Position numbers and translations under genes: made by a program
Assembly: GCF_009914755.1 (NCBI RefSeq)
Contig: NC_060931.1
Source of the DNA: the human T2T-CHM13v2.0 reference genome, Homo sapiens
Length of the DNA: 64,000 nucleotides
Direction: 5' to 3' (one strand)
In this document: positions 53,685 to 64,000 of the stretch, piece after piece
Layout: each line of letters begins with the position of its first letter
Numbering within the stretch: position 1 is the first letter of the stretch
Notes under the pieces: model-generated
Database searches by the model: none
What the model saw: the letters and a program-made list of their open reading frames with translations, nothing else
What the model was told of the DNA's origin: nothing

Positions 53685-53736
<52 letters not shown>
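53685..53736. repeat. Compound (TC)n(CA)17 microsatellite
   Basis: Read directly. Confidence 0.95.
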
Positions 53737-53738
<2 letters not shown>

Positions 53739-53964
53739 CCCACACCCTTCAATCATATATCCCCTTAGAGATGTTCATTACATCAGCCATGCAGAAGGAG
53801 AAAGAAAACCCTTACCCACCTGTAGCCACCAGACATGCCCTCTATAAGGCAGCTATTTACAAGACTATGAAGACATGCTCTAGAAATGAAGGGACATGCA
53901 AAGGCGTAGAAAGAACAAAAAGAAAATTACACCATTCTATAACTGCCAGGGCTGAGAAGAACAG

Positions 53965-54140
53965 AATATTAGCTGACATTTCTTAAAATTGTGTTCTGTG
54001 TACTGAGTACTTTATATGCTTTATCTTGTTTAATCCTTACATCAACCTCTTGAGGTACAGATTATATTTATTACTGTTTTAGAGATGAAGAAACTGAGGC
54101 TCAGAGATGTTCAATGACTTATTTATGGGCACACAAGCCA
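53965..54140 (-). mobile_element. MIR SINE
   Basis: tttaatccttaca...ttttagagatgaagaaactgaggctcagaga. Confidence 0.75.
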
Positions 54141-54180
54141 TTCTAAATCACCATGGAATGCAAGTTAAAATATTCCCACC

Positions 54181-54323
54181 AGCTGGGTGTGGTGGCTCAT
54201 GCCTGTAATCCTAGAACTTTGGGAGGCCGAGGCAAAAGGATCACTTCAGCCCATGGTTTCAAGACCAGCCTGGGTAACATAGTGAGACCCCCATCTCTAT
54301 TTTTGAAAATAATAATAATTTTA
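54181..54323 (+). mobile_element. FLAM_C-like Alu monomer
   Basis: gctgggtgtggtggctcatgcctgtaatcc...gggtaacatagtgagaccc; TSD aaaatattcccacc (54167-54180) / aaaatactcccacc (54324-54337). Confidence 0.88.
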
Positions 54324-54324
54324 A

Positions 54325-54727
<403 letters not shown>

Positions 54728-55407
54728 TAGATGTACCATGTACAGTCAAGCTAATCTTCCTGTTACCAAAAGTTTTGTCCTTGTGATTGCCTCTAGGCAT
54801 ATTCTAATATTTTTAGCCAGAGTCATCATAAAAAAGAGTCTTTATATGTCAAAATAGCTTTATAGATCAAACTGCATGATCTGAAATGCCGCTTCTCTGT
54901 TTGCGAGGGTTAAATGGTTGTCTCAGGCCAGAGTTTAGTTCATATTCTATAAATGGCTCTTACTCCTTGATCTGACTCACTGTATGTATTACAGCAAAGT
55001 CACTTACAGATCAAGATTTATTTTTAGAATCTTAAAGAAACAGATTCTACAGGGAGTGTTTGTGTCTGACCACAGACTAATTTGAGTGAAAACATATCTC
55101 AGTGAGGAACTTTCTTTCCATTTGATTCCCCTGCCCGTGGCTTAATGATAAGTCTCTTCATGTCATGTTAAATGGTTTTGAATTATTTAACAGCAGAATG
55201 ACAGAATTTTATGCCAACATCATACATAGCAGAGGAGTTTTGTGGTATGCAAGTAAGAGAATCTTTTTGATTTTGAATAAAATAATGCATCAGAAAACTA
55301 TGCAGAATATTAACGTTCATAAAGATGGGGGGAGATTGTATAGTCTACTTTGCCACTTTGTAACAGAGATTTTCTCTAAGATCAAAACCCAGGGATATGA
55401 TAAGAAC

Positions 55408-55439
55408 AATGATGATGGTGATGATGATGGTGGTGATGA
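55408..55439. repeat. Imperfect (GAT/GGT)n trinucleotide repeat
   Basis: aatgatgatggtgatgatgatggtggtgatga. Confidence 0.8.
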
Positions 55440-55501
55440 CAACTTCCTCCATTATCACCTTTAGCAGAGATTCTGGATTCATCCCTTAAATAAATATGAC
55501 A

Positions 55502-55517
55502 TGCTGCCCTCTACAGG
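55502..55517 (-). promoter_or_regulatory. Candidate CTCF core motif
   Basis: Minus strand CCTGTAGAGGGCAGCA fits the CC(A/T)(C/G)YAG(A/G)(G/T)GGC(A/G) core; motif match only. Confidence 0.35.
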
Positions 55518-56274
55518 TATTCAACCTAAACCAGATAGTCTGAAGCCGTTACAAATAGATAAAGCACTCTGAAATACACAGACCAATAAGTAAGTGCAAA
55601 TGAAATATTGAGGCCAATTAAATAAGGAAATCCTTTAGACTCTGCACGTCTAATTTGCGTGAATTCTAAAGCCAAAGAAGAATCAAGCGTTTACTATTTC
55701 ATTTTAATGTTCTCTTCCAAGTTTTTGAGTGCGTATACTTGAGCCTATCTATGTCAGAAGCAGGGAAGAACAGTTGGGAATTTGTGAACTCATTTTCTGT
55801 TTACTCTTGAAAAAGTTAATTGCCCTTTGGTTTGGCTAAGACCTATTTGATAACAGATGCTTAATGAATGATTAATAAGTAATAATGCGTGTGGAAATCC
55901 CAAGTTTGTTTGCAATTTAAAAAAGTTGAATTTCATACCATAGGTAGCCAACATTTTTAAAGATTAACAGGCTGTGTACAAAAAGAGGGTCTATCTGGCT
56001 CCTTCTTTAAGCCTCCACTTCTGCCTCACCCCAGTAAATCCTCTTGTTACTTTGGTGTCTAAGTTGAACATTTTTCTCAAATTGTACTTCGTTTTTCCTT
56101 GTTCCGCCAACAGACGTGAAAAAAAAAAAAAAAAACAATCTTGAAGAACTGATTTCTTATGCCTGCCTCCTACCCTGAGTTTACTCGCTGAACTTCTGTT
56201 AATTGTAACTCTTCCCTATAAAAGGAAAGGCTGGCCCAGATGGTCTGACAGCTCCTAGTGCTCACTTTGTGATA

Positions 56275-56680
56275 TGGGTCAGTGAGTGCTTGGAGCATCA
56301 GCTTCAGAGCCAGGCAATCCTAGGTTCATGCCCAGTTTCCTACACTGACGTGCCTGGATGACTCTGGGCCAGTTATATAATATCTCTGAGCCTCAGTTTC
56401 CCATCAGCAAAATTGGTACAGTAGTATCCACCATGTTGGATTTTTTTTTTTTTTTTTTGGTGAGGATTTAAAAATACAGAGTAAGATAAAAGATTTCATA
56501 AGCAGCATTTCATGTAATTCCCATGGCTACATTATAAGGCAGAAACTATTATTAACCCCGTTCTACAGATGAGGAAATGAGGCTTAGGGAAGTTAAGCAA
56601 CTGAATTCAAGTTACAGGGCTAGTACCTGTGGAGTTGGATTCAAGCCAGGCCCAGGCCCTGCTTTTGACCTCTGTGCCAC
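56275..56680. mobile_element. Two convergent MIR copies (plus about 56275-56470; minus about 56500-56680)
   Basis: ctctgagcctcagtttcccatc versus acagatgaggaaatgaggcttagggaagttaag. Confidence 0.75.
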
Positions 56681-57779
56681 TCCATCAGACAGCTTTATCC
56701 TCTACCCACACATGCTGATAGGACGAACAAAGGATGTTTCATTCTACCCTTTAAGATGGCTCTTTCCTCCATCATTCTGATTTCTTGCCAGACTTTGGTA
56801 CCTCCAACTACGGGAAGTGCAAAGGACAAGAGAGTTGTTCTCTCCTATCTGCATTCTCAGTGCACAGGAGACATGGAAGGAACTCCAAAAAAAAGGCATT
56901 CTACCCCATGTTCTCAGAGTTGACTTATATAGTCAAAAAGAAGAGGGTCCTTGTTAGTGGCTGGAGTTAAAATCCCAAAGCACAGTCCGCCAAAACCTCA
57001 TCCAGATGCAAGTGTGTGGTCACTGGTCATGCATTTCTGTTTGCTGAATTCCATACAGCCAAGGCAACTGCGTTGCCTTGCTGAAGATCCACAGGGGAAA
57101 AAAGTTATGTGTGCTAGGATGAAAAAACATGCAAGCAGAGTTCTCCCTCATTGTCAGGAATGTTTGATACAGCAATGTTTATTCCATGGCCTCCATCCAT
57201 GGAAAATGTGCTATCAGACTTTAAGAGGAGTAAATCAACACAGGTCTTCCTTATTGGCCACTCATTTTGTTAAAATGACATAATATCATAGAGGATCATC
57301 TATTTCAATAAGAACAATTTTCTGAAATTATAATAGTACATGCATTTTAGTGAAATAACTACTGTAAGAGTCTTTTAAAAAGGTATCTAAGTTGTCATTA
57401 GGTACCATATGCTTTTCTTCAACTAATTTCTTACACCCTCTGGGAAAAGTTTACGATAATGATATCCTAACAGATTGTTGCCTTTCTTCATTGGAGTACA
57501 TTCATTTATGAGGTCATTCTATTTGGGTGTGTCATTTTATATTTAACGTATGTATTATTCACATTAAGGTAGTATAATTCATTGTTTTCTGTATCAAGTA
57601 GAGATCACTACATAAGTCATTTATTTCTACCTTAAAAGATTGCTTCTTGTCAAATGCTCCACTGGCTTTACCATTCCTGTGATTTGAGTTGTATGATTGT
57701 TAATATAAAATATTTAGAATGATTGAAGTGTGGAAGAGTTCAAATTTGAATTGAAAATTTCCTGGTAGTCTCTTGGAAA

Positions 57780-58025
57780 ATAGCACTAATACTCATTGAC
57801 TGCTGGCTATATGCCCAGGCTTGTTCCAAGTTTTATGTGTGTTAACCCACCCATCCTCACAACAATCCCATGAGGTGTGTTATTATGACTATCCCCATTT
57901 TACAAACAGAAAAACCAAGACCTGAGAGGTTAAGTAACCTGCCCGTAGCTAAGGAGCTACTAAGTGCTGTTTCTGGGATTCAAACCCAGGAAGTCTGGCA
58001 CCAGGATCTGCTCTCTTAACCCCTC
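57780..58025 (-). mobile_element. MIR SINE
   Basis: atcctcacaacaatcccatgagg...ccccattttaca...gagaggttaagtaacctgccc...gggattcaaacccagg. Confidence 0.8.
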
Positions 58026-58792
58026 CCCTCTGTTGCCACTTCAAACCCTGGGGTGATGGAACAGAATCGATTTTATTGCTTCTAAAGAGCATTTACTTAC
58101 TCTTTTAAACGAGTGCAAATAGATCGTCCTCTTTAGCCAGGGAGAGAAGGAAGAGCTATTCAAGAAGGGATCTAAACAAGAAGCAAGAACTTGTTCTTTC
58201 TCATGCTCCATGGAAAGGCATGGTGAACAAGGCAAACTATGTCTTACTCCCCCTGGTGTTCAGAAAGGGAGCCTACCGGGGGCCCTTCATCAGATTTGGG
58301 GAAAGGGGCCCCAGGACGGCTTCAATTTCTTTTCTGTTCCTAGGCTGGAGAAATAAAAAGCAGCCAGGATGTGATACAGGGGTTTTTTTTCTCATCTGTT
58401 TTTGCTCTCAATGCTTGCAATGAGTTAGAAACAAGTCGACATCCACTTGCAGCCCTTGACAGACAAAGTTATTAAAATTTCTAATTTCCTAAAATTTCTC
58501 CTGTCCTCCACCCCATCCATTCTGCTACGCCCCTGGCCTTCTGCCAGGGTGTCTGGTTTTCCATAATTAAGATGGTGGTTCATATAATCTTTTTTTTCCC
58601 TGTCTTCTACCGTGGCTGCTGGGCATCTGTTCCAAAATGTCTATCACAGTTGCCTTGGTATTGTCAGCTTGGAGTTTCTGATAGCCCAGCATTTGATAGA
58701 GAAAAATTTAAGATCACCTCGAATTTTCAAGGCAACTTGGGACCTTGATTCCTTTCATTAGATACAATAATACTTGAACCGTTCGTTTGAAA

Positions 58793-58950
58793 GAGTGGCT
58801 CAGCCCTGGCTACCTGTTGCTCTCACTTGGGAGCTTTAAAACAAATACCAGTACTTGGGCCCATCCCCAGAAGGTTTGAATCATTTCTTCTGGGGTGGAG
58901 CCCAGGCATCAGTATTTTTTTTACATGAGGTCACGGTTGCAAAACACTGG
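58793..58950. mobile_element. MER5A-family MITE
   Basis: gggagctttaaaacaaatacc...gggcccatccccag...ctggggtggagcccaggcatcagtattttt; self-complementary. Confidence 0.75.
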
Positions 58951-60434
58951 GCTGAATTAATCTTCTGGCTTAAATTTGAATACCAAGACCCTGAAAGGCC
59001 TTGGCTCAGAAATAAGTAAAATTCATTTAAATGACCAGTTGTAGCTCCCATGACCTGCCTCTTGAAATGCAAAAAAGGGTTTTCGCCATGCAGTTATAGT
59101 CATTCACAGATTGGTGGGATAGCATGAAGTTCTTCACTTCACACTTTCTAAGGGCCCCCTCTACCCCGCACCCCTGGACCTCCTCTGGCCATATCCTCTT
59201 CTTTTCAGCTTATCTTCAGCCTTAGACAAACCTCAGGGCATTCATTAGAAATTATTTTCATGACAGTGGCTGTTGTACTGAGTGTTCAGTAAATAAAAAT
59301 CTGTATGTGACTTAGTCCAATAAGCAGAGGCTATTGTTATGGTGTGAGGCTGCTTCTATTTCTTATCTGTGAAATAGAAGCAATGATGCCTGCCTTGCCA
59401 AATTGTTCACAGTTTATATAATTTATATGAAATATCCTGATCTACCCACTATCACGCAGCAGTAATGCCTCTCTTTTCCAGTTATTTGGAAACTTCCCAG
59501 TTCAGTGAAGGGATTTCTCTTATTCTCTTATTCTAACAGGCAGCCAGTTCCTCTTCTTACTACGGTATTGCCCAACAGGATCAGCTCAGCTTTTCAGGGA
59601 TGTCAGAGAGGAATGGCTCTCATATCTCTCGTCAGTCTTTAGGGTCTCGAGACCCTAAAGACTGACAGCAATCCAGGACTTTTGTGGTCTACATTTGTAG
59701 CACAAATGATAAGACTGAGCAGGTTTCCTGAACTTACCTCTGTTTGTTTACTGAAACCTCTTACCACTGGGGCAGCTACAGCAACTGACCACGCCTGCTT
59801 ATTGTCTGTCTCCTGTCTGGTCACCTCTTCTAGTTCTGATTTGCCCCAGAAGGCTTAGCATCTGTCAGTCTACTTTGCCCTCAAAACCTTCCAGAAGATG
59901 TTTCAGCACCCAAGGAAAATAAACAGGCTTCTCTGGAGCCCAGGGGACAAGACATAGGAAATCTGCATTTCAGTGGGTAAGAGAAGGAAGAGACCATGGT
60001 AGCCAGTGGCAGAAGAAAGTGTAAATTTCAAGAACATTCTACTGTGTGAGGGTGGGTGGCTGTCATGGAGATGAGGGGACATGCTGGCCAAGGGGTGGGC
60101 TCTTAGGGTCCAACAGCAGCATCCAAGGTGCTAGAGACAATATGCTGCATGTTATTGATTTTCATGTAACATTTATCTGGCTTTTCTAGGAAAATCCTTA
60201 TAGACATTTCCTCTGCTGTGACCAAGTCCCTCTCATTGGCCAGACACTGTGCTAATAGTTGAGAAGAAGAAAGAACAGTCTTGGTTCATGAACTACAGTC
60301 TAGCTGGGGGGAGAAAAGATTATTAGATAGGCATTGAACATTGATAGATTTAACTACATTAAAAACAAACAAAAACCCTTAAGCCAAACTTCCAATGCCC
60401 CTTCTCCCCCACGTCCCCTCTTCCCGCTTAATTT

Positions 60435-60660
60435 AGGATAGTGATTAAGATCCCAGACTTCTAAACCAAGTTGTCTGTTTAAACGGTGAGTTTACCTCTT
60501 GCCACCTGTGTCATCTTGGACCAAATGGTGCCTCGGTTTACTTGCTTAAACATTGATAAAAACACTCACAGGTTGTTGTAGAAATTAAATAAAACAATAC
60601 GTGCGAAATCCTCAGAGATGAGTTTAGCCCATAGCAAGCACTCAACAAAGGTTAGATTGC
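60435..60660 (+). mobile_element. MIR SINE
   Basis: atagtgattaaga...tgcctcggtttac...ggttgttgtagaaattaaat...catagcaagcactcaacaaa. Confidence 0.65.
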
Positions 60661-61374
60661 TAACATTAATCCACTGGCATATGTTTAAAAAGAGAAGCTG
60701 AGGATGGACACAGCAGCAGGTTCTGCAGGGAAGTCCAAGGGGCTAATTTATTACCCAGTCCTCCTTCCACCTCCTCCCTTTCCTTGGAGAGTTGTCCTGG
60801 AATCAGACGCCCAGCGTGCGGGTCAGCCAAGCTGTTCAGCTGCTGTTGGTCCCTGAATTCTTCTTTCTGGCCTCTCTAAACAGAGCAGAGAGGATCTGGG
60901 GCAGCCAACAGACAACTCTGTATTCACTGTTGAGCAGGCAGGCTGGCAAGCAGGGAGTTTCTTTGCTTTAAAAGATAGCAGGGACAGTCAGGGGTTGAAC
61001 AGTTGTGTTGCTTTCAGGAAACACGTTGGCCTTCTAGGGTTAGGAAGGGCCCCTTTAAACACAGAGCCACAACATTCTCCTGGGATGACCTTTGCTTCAT
61101 GGCAGTCATGAGTCTTGTTCTCAAAGCTCTGACCATCCATGATTCATATGTTCCCAATGGCTGTCTCAGCTTTTTATAAGGGATGGCATCTATTAAATTG
61201 TAAAAGTTAATTTTTGTTTGTCAGAGACATCATAAACATGTGAAGGCTCTTTCCTGTATTGAGTGTCCACCCTCAAAGAAGCTTCAGTATTGATTATGCT
61301 TCTGTAAGTAGAACTGTTGGCCAGTGATTGACAAAGGAGTATAGATTTGAAAGGATAGGCTTCTATGGCACATT

Positions 61375-61680
61375 CAGAAAACATGGACTCTCAATGTTGG
61401 AAGGAACCTTGGAGACCTCCCAATCCAACCTTCCAATCCAATGTACAACTTCCAAACAGCCCTGAGAGGTGGCTACCCACCTTCTGCCCCAGCCATTCTG
61501 TGAAACTGTGGACTCACTGCTCATGTGATGGCTACTTGGACAGCCTGAACTGTTCCTGAATCGTTAGAGGGTACTACTTCTATGGAGCCAGTTACATTTT
61601 TCTGGTATTTCTACCCATAGGACTTAGTTCTGCTAATTTGACTAAGCCCATCAATCTCTTCTCCCAAATGATACCTGTCT
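61375..61680 (-). mobile_element. L3/CR1 3'-end fragment
   Basis: tggaaggaaccttggagacctcccaatccaacc...ccctgagaggtggct...ttctacccataggacttagttctgc. Confidence 0.7.
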
Positions 61681-62774
61681 TGTTTCTCTTGAATTTCCTC
61701 TTTTCAGACCCAAATCTCAGTTAGGCAAAGTTTTTGTCATTTGTCATGATTCTGTAGTACCACCCAATTTGTGAAAGTAACAAACTGCTCACTTCCAATG
61801 CCAGCTGATTAATTACCTACTCCTAATAGCAACTTCAGGAACAATGGGAAATGTACATCTCAGTCTAGTCTGTTTGAAAATCTTATCCTCAAATCTGTGC
61901 TTTTTGGAAACCCATGAATACTTGAGACCGAGTGCTGAAAAAAACATATGTTTTTCATTTTCACCTGACATATTGCATCTTAAGGCATCCTGCTGGGTGT
62001 GCAGCAGCTGAAAAAGTTCGAAAAAATGTGGCTGCTCAAAACTATAGCAACAGAGGGACACATGATGAAGCAAAACAAGCAATGCGTAAAGCATTTTGGT
62101 TTATAGCTGGGGAATTATAATCATTCTGATTAAGTAGATTTCCATATAAAAAGACAATAGTGTGGCTAAGAGTCTCAGAAAAATTCCAAGTATATTTTCA
62201 ACCATTTTCTACTTTGATCACCACCCTACTTGCTAAGAGAGTGACTTTTTGCATGCAGAAGACATATGTTTATAGAGTCTTTCAATATTTAGTCAACATT
62301 AATTTATTGACTACCTCCCTTGTATTCCAGGCAGAGTATGTATGGTACAGAACGCTATGAGGTACGTATGACTCTTGCCCCCGTGTTAGATATGAGGAAA
62401 CCAGGCAGAAACATTAATAACCTATCCAGAATTACACAGCAAGTAAGTGGTTAGGCTGGAGTCAGAATCCAGAGCTCTGACCCCAGAGCACATGGCTCAA
62501 CCACTACAGGGTACCACCAGTGGGACTCAGAGACGTACGGAAACTTTTCAATACCGACCCGCTCTGAGTGTATCTTGGTCAGGGCCATTGATTCTTCTTC
62601 TCTGTGACAAAGATTTCAGGGATGTTGATTCCTAATCACTGACTGCTTTAATCTGCCTCCCACTGGGATACTGGAATAACTGGGATACTCTGTAGCACCC
62701 TTCACAGCTGTTTGTGAGTTGCCTTCTGTGTGGAGTGTAATCAAAACAGCCTTAAAAACCAAGCATCAGAAACC

Positions 62775-62950
62775 CTGCGTTAAAGCCTCAGCTCTGCCAA
62801 ATACCAGCTGTGTGGCCTTGAGAAAGGCACTCAATCCTTTGAGATTCAGTTTCTTCATTTGTAAAAATGACCACCTCCCAGGGTTATGGCATGAATTATT
62901 TTGTTTAACCAATATTGAGCATCTTGTATGTGTCAAACACTTGGCAAAGA
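62775..62950 (+). mobile_element. MIR SINE
   Basis: agctctgcca..taccagctgtgtggccttg...cagtttcttcatttgtaaaaatg. Confidence 0.7.
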
Positions 62951-62991
62951 TTTGAGTACACACTGCAGATGAAAGAGATGCCAGTGCTGCC

Positions 62992-63129
62992 TTTTTCGGA
63001 GGGGGCGGCAGAGGGGATGAAGTCTCCCTCTGTTCCTCTATCACCCAGGCTGGAGTGCAGTGGCAGCGTGATCTCGGCTCACTGCAACCTCCGCCTCCCA
63101 GGTTCAAGCGATTCTCCTGCCTCAGCCTC
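62992..63129 (-). mobile_element. 5'-truncated Alu right-arm fragment inside an L2 relic
   Basis: cacccaggctggagtgcagtggc...ggttcaagcgattctcctgcctcagcctc; flanks tgctgcctt / ttctgcctt. Confidence 0.85.
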
Positions 63130-64000
63130 TCATAATTCTGCCTTGTTGTGGAGCTTGCAGTCAAGTAAGGAAGCTAGACAAAAAGAAATAAGCAAATATA
63201 TGAATAATCACAAGTTGGGATAAGGGTTGCAAAAGAAATGAAAGATCTTGGCCTTGGGAAATTGAGTGGAGGGAAGCACCATAAGGCGGCGCCAGGGATG
63301 GTGTCTCGGAAGAGAATGTGTTTGAAAGATGAGGAGGCACCTGCCAACAGAAGAGTAGAGAGAATGACAGGCTTAGGCATGGCGTCTTCAAAGCCTCTGT
63401 GCTGGAGAAAAGGAGTCAATGAAAATTCACCATTTTATGCATATAAGGGCACTTTGTAACTAAAGTAGGCTAAACCCATGTCAGAAATTTCTCTTGCAAA
63501 TAGAAAATAGCACTGGCCACTTCCAAAGCACAGCTTGGACCGTGTTCTTCCCATAAGAGTCAAGACTAACATTCCAACCCAGTGAAGTTTGTTCCATTTC
63601 CACAAGATAACAGCCTTTATCCCCCTACACCAAAATTGTAGGTGCCTGGACTGAATAAACATAAGCACCAGTGTTTCCCCTGATTTCTAGCAGCTACCAA
63701 GGAACAGAACTTCCTCCCTCTCTCACTTTTCCATTTCCTCTACCTCCTGTCCTTGCAGATTGGGCAGCAATTTCGAAAAATTTCCTGAAGTTGACTGATG
63801 ACAGGACATGGATGTCTGAAGTCTGAACTGCCTGGCCAGGACTAGGAAGAGATGTCAGGAAAGGAGAAGTGAGGGTCCTTCTGTGATTCTTCTCTCCCTC
63901 TCTCCTGTTGGTGCCTTCTTTTGGGGGTGATGGTCTGCAGGGACAAGCTCCTTCTTTTCTTTTCAAATGTTTTGTTCTTTAAAAGTTTTGTTCACCATCA

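Overview
This is human (primate) genomic DNA lying wholly inside CREB5 (CRE-BPa, an ATF2-family bZIP factor, 7p15), which is transcribed on the + strand. The only host coding sequence I can support is one 173-nt internal exon at 1812-1984 (NISMHNAVGG...QAPSTNRQIG), which the ORF track misses. The rest is intron: about 1.8 kb upstream and about 62 kb of a very long downstream intron. That intron holds an antisense processed RPS2 pseudogene (~46.5-47.4 kb), about a dozen Alu/FLAM copies, a 5'-truncated L1PA, older L1M/L2/L3/MIR fragments, two solo MaLR LTRs (MLT1C-like and THE1A), DNA-transposon relics (MER44, MER5, MER112-like), a tRNA-headed MamSINE1-like relic and several (CA)/(TG) microsatellites. 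Almost all listed ORFs are repeat-derived or chance. I see no CRISPR array, operon or other new multi-gene system. The best leads are splice-architecture hypotheses. The CREB5 exon ends in phase 2, so any intronic phase-2 donor can join the downstream bZIP-coding exons in frame. Candidates are a sense THE1A LTR with a DUX4 motif, in-frame ATG and donor (29.5-29.8 kb), a possible alternative first or poison exon (22.8-23.2 kb), and a 9-nt microexon-like or recursive splice site (42122-42130). All are unverified inferences. Repeat subfamily names come from recalled consensus sequences, and boundaries of ancient repeats are approximate.
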